The notes below the pieces were generated by a model, which searched no databases, had not been told where the DNA came from, and saw only the letters and a program-made list of their open reading frames with translations. From NCBI GenBank assembly GCA_963786955.1, contig CAWBAT010000005.1:480001-544000 (forward strand): a DNA stretch of 64,000 nucleotides, given 5' to 3'. This DNA comes from an uncultured Acidimicrobiia bacterium. Its GTDB lineage: Bacteria; Acidobacteriota; Terriglobia; Versatilivoradales; Versatilivoraceae. Below are positions 1-10,254 of the stretch, piece after piece. Every line of letters starts with the position of its first letter. The first letter of the stretch is position 1. The position numbers and the translations under genes were made by a program.

Positions 1-37
1 TGTTACCCAAAGATCTGTCAGTACTCCCGTTCAACCA

Positions 38-616
38 TTACTCCAGCAGAATGACTTTGACGTCCTGATGGGGGAACTTCAACGTTAAGAGTATTCATTT
101 CCGGGGGGATTTCTTTAAGCGCATAAACGTCCACTGCCCGGTAAAAGGAGATGAGGACTTCGATGACACCCCTTTGATCTTGGATACGATCGTTAAATCC
201 AGCAAGCAATCTGCGCGTTGGCCCTTCAATCGGACGCGGGCGAAGTTCCAAGGTCACTCGCGACCGGGAAGGTGTAAAGGAATTAAGTTTTGGTTCACGT
301 CCTTAGCTTAGGAGGGGGCAGGGGAAGGTCTGGTAGGGCGCGCACTCCGTGCGCGCCGCCATGCCCGAACTGGAGTCGGCGGTCTCAGCGAGACCGCCCT
401 GCCTTACTCCCTAGAGTCTTCCCTGAACCACGGGGGACGATCAAAGAGCGACACCAAACCCAATTCTTTCAAAACTTCCGGGCAACGGGCGTCTTGAGTG
501 CCTGGGGTAATTCAATCCCAAGCGTCACACCCCGCGAATATCGACCCACCCAAACGGGTTCCCAGATCACACACTCTGCCCTTACCGACCTGTTTCGTGC
601 GGCCATCAACGATTAC
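38..616 (-). pseudogene. Decayed duplicate of the 3' end of the GH42 gene at 10255..12543
   Basis: Translation LRPRPIEGPTRRLLAGFNDRIQDQ...LNVEVP matches the GH42 C-terminus LRPRLIEGPKRSLLTVFNDRTQDQ...LNVEVP. DNA similarity to 10255-10620 is roughly 75-85% by eye. It has an extra G at ~70-74 (frameshift), an insertion at 269-477, and homology ends at the MITE at 616. Confidence 0.9.
269..477. mobile_element. MITE-like insertion with imperfect terminal inverted repeats and internal REP doublet
   Basis: Interrupts the GH42 pseudogene. CCGGG is duplicated at 264-268 and 478-482 (single in the intact gene). Ends AAGGTGTAAAGGAATTAAGTTTTGGT / ACCAAACCCAATTCTTTCAAAACTT are imperfect inverted repeats. 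A REP pair lies at 333-402. Confidence 0.8.
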
Positions 617-750
617 TTAGTACTGCTTTTCATAAATACGGTGACGTTAACGCCGGGTCGGTGACCCGGCCTACAACTTTGTAGGCCGCGTGCCCCCACG
701 CGGCGCCTATCCTTAAGATACGTCACCGTAATTACGAATAGCGTACTAAG
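616..750. mobile_element. MITE with ~30-bp terminal inverted repeats and internal REP doublet
   Basis: Left end CTTAGTACTGCTTTTCATAAATACGGTGACGT versus reverse complement of right end CTTAGTACGCTATTCGTAATTACGGTGACGT. Tail-to-tail GTAGGCC REPs at 651-706. Confidence 0.8.
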
Positions 751-1156
751 AAAATCTCCGGTGGGTTGAGTCGGGTTCATAAGGCAGATAGAAGAAGTTG
801 ATCAATTTGTTGATTATGGATCACCCGTTTCGATCGTGAATTTAGAGCCTCCAGCCAAGATATAATCCAATTTTTCGTATCCATATCTAAAAGTTCGTAG
901 AAACCAACCTTAAAAGCGTACTTTCAGTCTTAAGTTTCCCAGGGAAAGAGAAATTTTAACTGGTTTTATTTGTTATAACTAAAGTCCTATTGCCTAATTT
1001 GTTCAAAAGAATGGAACAAGGATTGCTGACAATACACAACTGTGACAATTACACGTTTGTGTCGGGTGTCGCGGTAATCGTTGCACCTTCCTTTTGGTTG
1101 AGCGTACAAAGTTAAAAAATGATTAACTATCTTCAGAAGAATATGGAGAGCATAAC

Positions 1157-4100
1157 ATGAAGAAAGCGTCTTGCCTCATAGCGGTAGCTTTGGTGGTAGC
1201 CCTTTTGACTGCAGTACCGATGCCGGCTCAAACGTCCTTTGGAAGTATCACCGGTCTCATACGGGATTCTTCCGGTGCCGTCATGCCCGGGGTTGCAATT
1301 ACCGTGACAAATGATAAGACCGGGACGAGCCGGACAGCCACTTCCGATGCCAACGGGAATTATAATGTTCCCTCGCTCCTCCCCGCTGTCTATTCGGTGA
1401 GCGCCGAACTGAAGGGGTTTAAGAAAGCTGTCACTACCGGAGCTACGCTCGAGGTGAACCAGACCTTGCGTGTCGACTTGACGATGGAAGTCGGTGAAGT
1501 GTCTCAAACCGTTGAAGTTCAGGCGGAAGCCCCGCTGCTTCAAAGCGAATCTTCAACAGTTGGAACGGTCATCGAAAACAAGCAGGTGGTGGAACTGCCT
1601 CTCAATGGTCGAAGCTTTACGGAACTCACCTACCTGGTTCCAGGCGGTGTCCGTCAGTCCACCGGGATCTTCCAGCAATCTGGCACTCGCGTCTCGGTCA
1701 GCGGAGCCCGTTCTGAGGATAACAACTATACGCTCGACGGGGTCAACAATAACGAAACCTTCTTCAAAGCCTATGGCGTGCAGCCCTCGATTGACGCGAT
1801 TGCGGAATTCAAGATCCAGACCAACATCACTTCTGCTGAATTCGGTTCGGCTGCCGGCGCCAACATCAACGTCGCCACGAAGTCTGGAACGAATGCGATT
1901 CACGGCGGTGCCTGGGAATTCCTCCGCAACAACGTTTTCGACGCAAACAATTTCTTCGACAACAAAGCCGGTGTAAACAAGCCCCAATTTAAGCAGAACC
2001 AGTTCGGGGCGCAAGCCGGAGGGCCGATCATGAAGAATAAGGCCTTCTGGTTCTTTAATTACGAAGGCTATCGCTTCCGCAGAGGTGCAAACTCATTGGG
2101 AACCATCCCCACTCCGGCGATGTTTGCCGGAGACCTGCGTTTTGATGAGACCGGGAAGCCGGGACTACCGATCTATGATCCGGCGACAACGCGGATAGAA
2201 AACGGCAAAGTGGTTCGGGATCCTTTCCCCAATAATATTATTCCGACTAACCGGCTTGATCCGATCATGCAGTCGTATATCCAACTGTTCTATCCTGCAC
2301 CCAACTTGTCAGGGCAGACCCAAAACTTGATCAACGGGCAGTCCAATTCTCTGGATTGGAACCAGTATATAGGGCGAGTCGACTACAAGATCAACGACAA
2401 TAATACCTTATTCGGCCGTTGGGCTAATAATCTCTCTAATGCAGCCACAGCTCGTCCGCTCAGTCCGACCAGCTTACAAAAAAATAGTTTTACAAACCTC
2501 ATGGTTAGTGACACCCAATTGTTTGGTCCAACGACGGTATTGGACCTCAAGTTTTCGTATCACCGGAATCACCTGCAGATTGCTGACACCAGTCCAAGCG
2601 ATTATGCCACCATTCAGCAGTGGATCAATACAACCGGGATTCAGGGAATTGTCATAAAAAACGCCAATGTCCCCTTGTACCCGCAGTTTTTTATTTCTGG
2701 GTACACCAATCCCAACCAGGATGGTTATCCGTTTCCTGACGACACGATGCAAGCTCTGGTCAACCTGAGCAAATCTAAGGGCAGGCACTATATGAAATTC
2801 GGAATGGATTACCAGAACCGCCGCAATTTTGACGACGGATTATTCTCAGCCAACGTCGATTTTTTAAAAGCGCCAACCGAGGATCCACAGAATATAGGGG
2901 GGACCGGGCAGGCCGTAGCTTCTTATATTCTTGGTTTGCCGACGAACGCCCTGAGAAACATTGGCAATACGGGTGTCCATATGCGCTGGAGCGGCTTTTA
3001 TTTTTACGCTCAGGATGACATTCACGTGAATGCCAAACTGACCATTAACCTTGGGCTAAGATACGACTACACCCAGTGGCCACGCGACCGCGACAATAAT
3101 CTGGGATCTCAGGATAACCGGACTGGGGAATACCTCTGGGCCGGCCAAAACCTCATCACGGGACAAGCACCCAACGTCTTCCCCACGGTCATTTATCCGG
3201 ATAAGAACAATTTTGCTCCAAGGATCGGGATGGCTTATCTCTTGAACCCCACAACGACCATTCGAGCCGGTTATGGCATGTTCTATAACACCAACTTCCT
3301 CTGGGAAGCTCAGGGTATTCGGGGAAATTGGCCATACTCCATCAGTGAAACTTTCTCCAACATGAACCAAGGCGCTAACCTTACATATATCAAGACGGCC
3401 TTCCCAACCTATACCTCCGTTTACCCCGGCGCGCCTGTGCCACCTAGTGCACAGCACATTGCGGACCGCAATCGGCGGGTGAGTTACATGCAACAGTTTA
3501 ACGTACACCTCCAAAAACAAGTGGCTGGGAATATCGTTCTTGAAGCCGGATATGTTGGCACCTTTGGTTCAAAAGCCTCGATTTTCGCCAATTTCAACAC
3601 AGCGCAACCGGGACCCGGGCCTGTCCAGCCTCGCCGGCCATACCAGAATAATAACGCTGTAAGCTTGATGACCGACATTGCCAGTTCGAATTACAACGGC
3701 GCGCAGTTCAAGGCGGAGAAGCGCTTCTCGTCTGGGTTGTCCTTCATGGGAACCTACACCTTCAGCCGTATGATCAACACCGGTGGAGACGGCTTCTCAC
3801 TGAGCTCTTCCCCGCAGAATCCGGATTGCCTCGAGTGCGATAAAGCCCTTTCAGCCTTCTACCACAAGAACATCTGGGCGATGAATTGGGTTTACGAACT
3901 GCCCTTCGGAAAAGGCAAGAAGTTTGGGTCAGGATCTAACGCAGTTGGAAACCAAGTCATTGGCGGATGGCAGATCAATGGGATCTGGACATGGGGCTCA
4001 GGTGCACCGGTGAATGTGCAAATCCCGCGCGATATCGCTAATATTGGAGCCCGCTCTATAGGCCAGCGGCCAAATGTGAATGGGAATCCCAATATAGGCA

Positions 4101-4402
4101 ATCAAACCATTCAGAATTGGTTTAACACGGACGTCTTCAGCGAACCTGCACCTTACACGTACGGGAACGCCGGAAGAAATATCGTCCAGGGTCCCGGCTA
4201 CCAATACTGGACCTTGGGCGTCTTCAAGAACTTCTGGATCAAGGAAAATTATCACATCCAGTTCCGGGCCGAGTTCTTTAACGCCTTTAACCATGCGAAC
4301 TTTAACAATCCGGATGGGAATTTCGACTCGCCCACATTCGGGCAAGTTCTTGGATCCGACTATGCCCGCCAGATTCAGTTCGGATTGAAGTTCAACTTCT
4401 AA
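1157..4402 (+). CDS. TonB-dependent receptor, Oar-like (acidobacterial type)
   Basis: Signal peptide, carboxypeptidase-regulatory-like N-domain, ELPLNGRSF, NNYTLDG, PSIDAIAEFKIQT, TKSGTNAIHG, NNFAPRIG and C-terminal RQIQFGLKFNF. RBS GGAGAG. Confidence 0.95.
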   Translation: MKKASCLIAVALVVALLTAVPMPAQTSFGSITGLIRDSSGAVMPGVAITVTNDKTGTSRTATSDANGNYNVPSLLPAVYSVSAELKGFKKAVTTGATLEVNQTLRVDLTMEVGEVSQTVEVQAEAPLLQSESSTVGTVIENKQVVELPLNGRSFTELTYLVPGGVRQSTGIFQQSGTRVSVSGARSEDNNYTLDGVNNNETFFKAYGVQPSIDAIAEFKIQTNITSAEFGSAAGANINVATKSGTNAIHGGAWEFLRNNVFDANNFFDNKAGVNKPQFKQNQFGAQAGGPIMKNKAFWFFNYEGYRFRRGANSLGTIPTPAMFAGDLRFDETGKPGLPIYDPATTRIENGKVVRDPFPNNIIPTNRLDPIMQSYIQLFYPAPNLSGQTQNLINGQSNSLDWNQYIGRVDYKINDNNTLFGRWANNLSNAATARPLSPTSLQKNSFTNLMVSDTQLFGPTTVLDLKFSYHRNHLQIADTSPSDYATIQQWINTTGIQGIVIKNANVPLYPQFFISGYTNPNQDGYPFPDDTMQALVNLSKSKGRHYMKFGMDYQNRRNFDDGLFSANVDFLKAPTEDPQNIGGTGQAVASYILGLPTNALRNIGNTGVHMRWSGFYFYAQDDIHVNAKLTINLGLRYDYTQWPRDRDNNLGSQDNRTGEYLWAGQNLITGQAPNVFPTVIYPDKNNFAPRIGMAYLLNPTTTIRAGYGMFYNTNFLWEAQGIRGNWPYSISETFSNMNQGANLTYIKTAFPTYTSVYPGAPVPPSAQHIADRNRRVSYMQQFNVHLQKQVAGNIVLEAGYVGTFGSKASIFANFNTAQPGPGPVQPRRPYQNNNAVSLMTDIASSNYNGAQFKAEKRFSSGLSFMGTYTFSRMINTGGDGFSLSSSPQNPDCLECDKALSAFYHKNIWAMNWVYELPFGKGKKFGSGSNAVGNQVIGGWQINGIWTWGSGAPVNVQIPRDIANIGARSIGQRPNVNGNPNIGNQTIQNWFNTDVFSEPAPYTYGNAGRNIVQGPGYQYWTLGVFKNFWIKENYHIQFRAEFFNAFNHANFNNPDGNFDSPTFGQVLGSDYARQIQFGLKFNF

Positions 4403-4422
4403 GGAAATCTTCTTTTTCTCTC

Positions 4423-4455
4423 AAAGGGGGCCATTTCGGTGGTCCCCTTTTTTTT
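4423..4455 (+). terminator. Rho-independent terminator after TBDR
   Basis: AAGGGGGCCA-TTTCGG-TGGTCCCCTT hairpin followed by a T tract, 20 nt after the stop. Confidence 0.8.
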
Positions 4456-4659
4456 GTCTAAATTAGACTCACATCATGGCCTAAAATAGATAAGGTACTA
4501 TTGCTGTCTCGTCATCTGTTACTTGCAATCGAAGGGTCGTCTTTTTGAATCCATTGAGTCTTACAGAATCCTGTCAACATCACCATTCAACCAATACCTC
4601 CTCCTGGATCAGGCGTGGGTGGAAGAAATCGAAGTTGCTTGATCTAAGTGACCCATTGG

Positions 4660-4815
4660 GTAGGGCGGTTTCGCTGAAACCGCCGTTGAAGGGTGAAATC
4701 CTGGTTTCTGAACGTCCGCAGAGCGCCCGCTGCCCCCTGGCAATTGGCGGTAGACCCCAAAAGATAGAAGACAGCCAAAACCTCATACCCGGCGGTCTCG
4801 GCGAGACCGCCCTAC
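4660..4815. repeat. REP doublet (REPIN-like), GTAGGGCGG class
   Basis: GTAGGGCGGTTTCGCTGAAACCGCC and inverted GGCGGTCTCGGCGAGACCGCCCTAC. Same class as 378-402. Confidence 0.85.
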
Positions 4816-4934
4816 CCTGCCCCGCTCCGCACTGGTTTCGAGAGATTTCGATTTTTTCGTGGCTCAGAGTAAATTTCGGCGGGGTATCTTCGCGCTTAGC
4901 CTTACCGAATGCGTTTCTGCTCTTCGTCTTTCCC

Positions 4935-6692
4935 ATGCTCCTCTTTGTCCAGCCTGCTTTTGCTTCGTTTCAGATTCCGGCTATGACACCAGAGGTTGAG
5001 GAGCAACTCAGAATTGCCCAAGAGGCTGAGAAAAGTAAGGATTACGAACGGTCTGCTGGAGCCTACAAGAAGATACTCAAGGTTCAGCCGAAATGGGCCT
5101 TGATTCACCAAAGTCTCGGGGTTGTCAACCATCTCCAGAACAGGTATCCGGAAGCGATCTCGTCATTTGAAATAGCGTTGAAGCTAGACCCAACGCTCTG
5201 GGGTTCTTACCTTTTCCTGGGGATGGACTACTACCGGATCAATCAATTCTCGAGGGCTATTCCAGCACTTCAGAAGGCACTTCAGCTTAATGCCGAGATG
5301 GCGGAGATGGAAGCCCATTTCTGGTTGGGTTCCTGTTTTCTGGCACTGGAACAGTTTGACAAGGCCATTGAGCAATTTCAGCGGCTGGTCGAACTGAAAC
5401 CCCGCGACCTCGAGGCACTTTATTATTTATCGCAAACCTACAGTCGCTATTCTTCAGCGCTGTTCAAGAAAATTGGCGACATCAACAAAGAATCGCCGGA
5501 GGCCCACCGCCTTCAGGGAGAATGGTACGTTTCACAGGGGAAATTGGATCAGGCCATTGATCAGTATCAGCAGGTAGCTGGCTTGCGCCCTCAGTGGGAA
5601 GGGGTTCATTTGGAATTGAGTAATCTCTTCCTGAAACAGGAAAATTTAACGAAGGCCTCCCAGGAACTGGAAAATGAGCTGAAGATTTCCCCAAACGATA
5701 AAACTGTACAGCTTCAACTTTCAGCCATTAGGGCCAAACTTCCCAAGAACCCAAATCAATCTTCGGAGCCGAAGCTCCATTCTGATGAATCCAGCGTTGA
5801 TCCTCTTCTTTCGGGTCCCTCTACTCCCAGTGGCCCAATCAATTCAAGTTCCGAGGGACTCTTGAAATTTAGGGAGAAGAACTTCCCAGAAGCCAAAGAA
5901 CTTTTCCTCCGCGATCTACGTCAAAGTCCTGGGGACCCGATAGCTCAGCTTTACCTGGGACGGACGTTCTTCGGACTGGGAGACTACCAGGAAGCCATCG
6001 AGACGCTCCAAAAACTGAGAACTGCGTCAAGGGAGGATCTCGAAACCCTTTACTGGCTAGGGAAAGCCTACCAGGAAACGGCGGCGGCGACCCTTCAGCG
6101 GATGATTGATATCAACTCGGGTTCCTATCGGGTTTATCAGATGTCAGGAGAATTGCTTGAAGAGAAAATGCGCTATGCGGAAGCCCTGAAGGCCTATCAA
6201 AGTGCTCTCAAACTCTCTCCCGATCTGGCAGGAATCCGATTTGCAATCGGCAACGTCTATTGGAAGATGCAGCAGTTAGATGAGGCGCTCACCTGGCTCA
6301 AAGAAGAATTGGCCCGCAACCCATTCCACTCCATGGCGAACTTCAAGGTGGGCAGTATTTACCAGTCGAAAGCTTCCCCTGACTTAGCCATTCCTTTCTT
6401 AGAGAGTGCCATTCAGGCCAACCCTGGACTAATGGTCGCTCAACAAGAATTGGGGAAAGCCTACTTGAGTCAGGGACGAAATCAAGAGGCTATAGAGCGG
6501 TTTAAAGTAGTCAGGGATGCCGATCCGCAAGATGATTCCATTCATTACATACTGGCAGGGGCCTACAAGAAGGCCGGGCAGACCGCAGAGGCCAACGCAG
6601 AACTCAAGATTTTCGGCCAGCTTCGCCAGAAAAAGGCAGAGAGTGACCGGCTGTACTTAGAAAAGAAGCTCAGTAAGAAGCAGGAGAAATGA
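4935..6692 (+). CDS. Secreted tetratricopeptide-repeat protein (start uncertain; ORF open from 4545)
   Basis: Hydrophobic signal ending AFA and many TPR units (e.g. ALIHQSLGVV...AISSFEIALKLDP). The upstream 130 codons run through a REP doublet. Confidence 0.85.
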   Translation: MLLFVQPAFASFQIPAMTPEVEEQLRIAQEAEKSKDYERSAGAYKKILKVQPKWALIHQSLGVVNHLQNRYPEAISSFEIALKLDPTLWGSYLFLGMDYYRINQFSRAIPALQKALQLNAEMAEMEAHFWLGSCFLALEQFDKAIEQFQRLVELKPRDLEALYYLSQTYSRYSSALFKKIGDINKESPEAHRLQGEWYVSQGKLDQAIDQYQQVAGLRPQWEGVHLELSNLFLKQENLTKASQELENELKISPNDKTVQLQLSAIRAKLPKNPNQSSEPKLHSDESSVDPLLSGPSTPSGPINSSSEGLLKFREKNFPEAKELFLRDLRQSPGDPIAQLYLGRTFFGLGDYQEAIETLQKLRTASREDLETLYWLGKAYQETAAATLQRMIDINSGSYRVYQMSGELLEEKMRYAEALKAYQSALKLSPDLAGIRFAIGNVYWKMQQLDEALTWLKEELARNPFHSMANFKVGSIYQSKASPDLAIPFLESAIQANPGLMVAQQELGKAYLSQGRNQEAIERFKVVRDADPQDDSIHYILAGAYKKAGQTAEANAELKIFGQLRQKKAESDRLYLEKKLSKKQEK

Positions 6693-8389
6693 AAATCATC
6701 GATCCTATTCGCGTTGGGTTCGTTTCCCGACTGAATGCCGCCACACTGGTCCTTCTCCTCATTGGCACTTCTTTTTTTTCCCAAACAAAAGGGGAAAATA
6801 AAGCAGCAGAGGTTCATTACCTCCGCGGACTGTACTTTCTCGACAAAGGTAAAAATCAGGAAGCCCTCGTTGAGTTTCGCACCTCGATAGAGCTGAAGCC
6901 ATCCCAGGCCGATGCTCGCTATCAACTGGGGCTAGCCAATTGGAAACTCGGAAATATTCTTGCTGCAAGCCGCGAATTTCGAAAGGCCTTGGAGCTGGCC
7001 CCCGATCATGCGTTATCAGCCTATTATCTGGGCAGAATTTCTTTGCAGAACAATGACATTTTAAAGGGTATTGAATACCTGAAAAAGGTTGTCCAACTGG
7101 GAAATGGGAAGCCTATCCTGGATGAATATTTCCAATTGGGGAAAGCCTACTTGACCGAGGCGAAAATAGACGAAGCCATTGCAGTGCTTGAAAAAGGAGC
7201 GACCGTTCAGCCCCGGGATGACCGGATCTTTGCCCAACTGGGAAAGGCCTATTTGTCTAAAGGCCGCAAAGCGGAAGCCGAAAAAGCCCTCGATCAGTCG
7301 AAGGAACTGCGAGACTACTTAAGAGAAGCGACGATGCTTCTGATGCAATGTTCGGAATACCTGAAATCGAATGAAATCGGCAAGGCCATGGAAATTTATC
7401 AACGCTTGAGTGATACGGTCGATGTCAACGACCTAGTCTCTTTGGGTATCAATTTTGGAGAACGCGAATTATTTGAACAGGCCGTCAAACTTCTTGAGCG
7501 GGCTGTCCGCCTCTCTCCCAACTTGTATGAGGCTCACTATAATCTAGGGTTGATGTACTTTCGCACCCAGCATGAAAAAGAAGCCGAAGAGCATTTCGCC
7601 AGAGCTTTGGAACTTCATCCTTATTCATTTGAAACCAGCTCACTGTTAGGAGTCGTCCTGAGCCAGGTGGGGAAGACCGAGGAGGCAATCCATGCGCTTA
7701 AACGCGCTCAATCGATAAAACCCGAAGACCTCAAAGTAGTCACATTGTTGTCGCTGCAGTTGATTGAGGGGCGTTACTACACAGAGTCCATGAAAACAAT
7801 AAACGATGCTCTGAAACGATGGCCCGGAAACTTGGATTTGAATCTGCTCCTCATCCAAACTTACCATAGGGATCGAAAGTATGAAAAAGCTGTCCAGGCA
7901 GCCGGGCAGACGGTAGCGCTATACCCTGAATCGGCTCGTGCGAATTTCGAAATGGGCTATCAGCTCATCAGTTTCGGACGCCTCAAAGATTCGCGACCGT
8001 TTCTTGAGAAATCTGTGCAACTCGACCCCGATTTGGTAGAAGGATACGTTTCGCTGGGTGACTTGCAAGCCAAAGAGGGTCATTACGAACAGGCCACGAA
8101 TTACTATCGGAAGGCTTTGGAAAAGGACCCTGGTCACGTTGAATCGTCTCTGGGTTTGGCCAAATCGCTTCTGGCAATGAAACGCTATCCTGAAGTCGTC
8201 ATTGAAATGGAGAAGGTGATTCAAATTGAGCCCTCCAATCCTCAGCCACACTTCCATTTAAGCCAGGCATTTCTTGGGATGGAGGAAAAACAAAAAGCTG
8301 ACCAGGAAGCTCAGATTTTCAAACAGTTGAATGATCAGCGGATGATCATCCGTGACCAGGAAGCAGGAAGAGCCTATGAAGAAAAATAA
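6689..8389 (+). CDS. Secreted tetratricopeptide-repeat protein
   Basis: ATGA overlap with the previous gene, N-terminal hydrophobic signal, and TPR consensus repeats (ADARYQLG, EAHYNLG, PQPHFHLS). Confidence 0.9.
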   Translation: MKIIDPIRVGFVSRLNAATLVLLLIGTSFFSQTKGENKAAEVHYLRGLYFLDKGKNQEALVEFRTSIELKPSQADARYQLGLANWKLGNILAASREFRKALELAPDHALSAYYLGRISLQNNDILKGIEYLKKVVQLGNGKPILDEYFQLGKAYLTEAKIDEAIAVLEKGATVQPRDDRIFAQLGKAYLSKGRKAEAEKALDQSKELRDYLREATMLLMQCSEYLKSNEIGKAMEIYQRLSDTVDVNDLVSLGINFGERELFEQAVKLLERAVRLSPNLYEAHYNLGLMYFRTQHEKEAEEHFARALELHPYSFETSSLLGVVLSQVGKTEEAIHALKRAQSIKPEDLKVVTLLSLQLIEGRYYTESMKTINDALKRWPGNLDLNLLLIQTYHRDRKYEKAVQAAGQTVALYPESARANFEMGYQLISFGRLKDSRPFLEKSVQLDPDLVEGYVSLGDLQAKEGHYEQATNYYRKALEKDPGHVESSLGLAKSLLAMKRYPEVVIEMEKVIQIEPSNPQPHFHLSQAFLGMEEKQKADQEAQIFKQLNDQRMIIRDQEAGRAYEEK

Positions 8390-10144
8390 GTGAACGTCAT
8401 GTCTCGACGAATTGCCACGCTCATACTCCTGTTCTGTCCAATCCTCTTGTTAAAGGCCCAACAAGATTGGGAGCATAGCGTTCGAGAGGCGTTCCAGCAG
8501 GGCAGGCTGCAGGAAGCTCGCCTTCTCGCGGAAGATGCTCTCAGAAACCCTACCGGTGCCGCTTTAGCCCAGGAATGGCTTGGCCGCATTGCCTTACTAG
8601 AGAAGCACCCTGAGGAGGCGCTCTCGCATTTTCAAGAGGCCAGCGAAATAGGACGCTTCAGCATAGAGATGGCGAAGGACTGGTCCAACGCCCTGATCGA
8701 CCTGGGCCGGATCCAGGAGGCCTGCGAACTATTGGAAAAGTCGGTTACTAGTGATCCGACCGCAATGGACTTGAGATACCGTTTGGGCGTTCTGTACATG
8801 ATTCAGGCTATTCCTCTAAAGGCTCGGCCGCACCTGGAGGAGGCCTATAAAGGAGGATTAAAGCACCCTAATGTTGTTCTGCAACTCGCTCAAGCGCGTT
8901 TTCTTACCGGAGGGGATGACCAGGCAGTGCTATTGCTCGAATCTACTTACGAATCAGCCTCAAGCCCCGACTTTTTTCTCCAAGCCGGCAAAATCTTGTT
9001 CGACCATGTGCTCTACCTAAAAGCTATAGTCCCGCTCGAGAAAGCCTGGAAACTGAAACCCGGATCTTACGAAATCGGGATGTACCTGGCATTGTCCTAT
9101 TACATTTCCGGGCATTATCCCGAATGCGAGGCCGTGCTCTCTAGCATCAAACAAGACCCTATACCCAGCCTGGAATACCTGGTTCTCCGAGGATCGGTCC
9201 TGGCAAGATTGGAAAAATGGGGAGAAGCGGAACAAAACCTGGAGAAAGCTTTGCAAATGTATCCGAACCAGGCTGGCGCGTACTTAAATCTCGGACTCTA
9301 TTATCTTGAGCGGGGCCAAAAGGAGAAAGCAAAAGGTTTAATTGAAAAAGGCTCCCGATTGATGTCAAAAGGAACCAAGCTCATCTATTCCATCCGTTCC
9401 ATGGAAAAATGTGAAGGATTGGTCCCCCCTCAAGATTTTAAGATTCAGGATACGGCCAGAGGCGAGTTTTATAACCAGTTTGGTCGAGCTCTCCACGAAA
9501 GCGAACAGAACGGCTCGTCTCTGGCTGTTTATCTTCTGGCCCTAGAAAACGACAGTCACAATGGCCACGCTTATGCAGAAATAGGCAAGCTTTGCTGGGA
9601 GTTCGACAGTTATCCAGTCGCCGAGTCTTATTTGCAGAAGGGGCTGGAACTCCATCCGGATTCTTGGGAACTTTACTTCAACTTGGGCTTGATTTATCAG
9701 TCGCTAAGCCAGGCCGAGAAAGCCGTACAAAGTTACACCAAAGCCATTGCACTGGAAGAACCCCGCGTCCCAGCCATCCACTGGGTCCAACTCGGCACAG
9801 CTCAGCTCAGTGCTCCGAAGCTGGGAGAAGCAGCGGCTGAACGCTCATTTAAGCAGGCGCTGGAAATTGACCCCAACAGCGCTCAGGCGCATTACCAGCT
9901 CGGCAAGCTCTATTTACAGCAGAGGGAATTCGGAAAAGCCGAACAATACCTGGAAAAAGCGATTTTGCTTGATCCTTCACTCTTCCGCGCTTATTACCAG
10001 TATGGATTGGCCTGCCTTCGAAATGGAAAGACGGAAAAAGGGAAAGAGATGCTCGAAACCTTCAATCGCAAACGGGCCTTAAGAACCACCTCCAGCATGA
10101 TGGGAATGCAGACCGAATCCATGTCGGAGAAGATCTTACAGTAA
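8390..10144 (+). CDS. Secreted tetratricopeptide-repeat protein
   Basis: Abuts the previous stop. Signal peptide and TPR repeats (AGAYLNLG, ELYFNLG, AQAHYQLG). Confidence 0.9.
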   Translation: MNVMSRRIATLILLFCPILLLKAQQDWEHSVREAFQQGRLQEARLLAEDALRNPTGAALAQEWLGRIALLEKHPEEALSHFQEASEIGRFSIEMAKDWSNALIDLGRIQEACELLEKSVTSDPTAMDLRYRLGVLYMIQAIPLKARPHLEEAYKGGLKHPNVVLQLAQARFLTGGDDQAVLLLESTYESASSPDFFLQAGKILFDHVLYLKAIVPLEKAWKLKPGSYEIGMYLALSYYISGHYPECEAVLSSIKQDPIPSLEYLVLRGSVLARLEKWGEAEQNLEKALQMYPNQAGAYLNLGLYYLERGQKEKAKGLIEKGSRLMSKGTKLIYSIRSMEKCEGLVPPQDFKIQDTARGEFYNQFGRALHESEQNGSSLAVYLLALENDSHNGHAYAEIGKLCWEFDSYPVAESYLQKGLELHPDSWELYFNLGLIYQSLSQAEKAVQSYTKAIALEEPRVPAIHWVQLGTAQLSAPKLGEAAAERSFKQALEIDPNSAQAHYQLGKLYLQQREFGKAEQYLEKAILLDPSLFRAYYQYGLACLRNGKTEKGKEMLETFNRKRALRTTSSMMGMQTESMSEKILQ

Positions 10145-10195
10145 TGAGGGAGGACCACGGCTCGCTATGCTCACCGTGGCTTCCAAAACTCCCCC

Positions 10196-10211
10196 ATAAC
10201 TAACGCATTAC
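10196..10211. mobile_element. Solo terminal repeat of the IS66-like MITE family seen at 62527-62693
   Basis: ATAACTAACGCATTAC is identical to 62678-62693. No target duplication is visible here. Confidence 0.6.
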
Positions 10212-10254
10212 TGTCTCTCTCACCAAAGACCTGTCGGGCGTTCCCTTTCGACCT

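Noticed and set aside
290-664. 124-aa ORF
   Set aside because: Runs across MITE, REP and antisense pseudogene DNA; not protein-like.
1073-1085. LacI-like site GGTAATCGTTGCA upstream of TBDR1
   Set aside because: Single imperfect copy and no LacI-HTH regulator in the window.
616-10211. Composite transposon around the TBDR-TPR cassette
   Set aside because: The flanking MITE ends belong to different families and share no target duplication.
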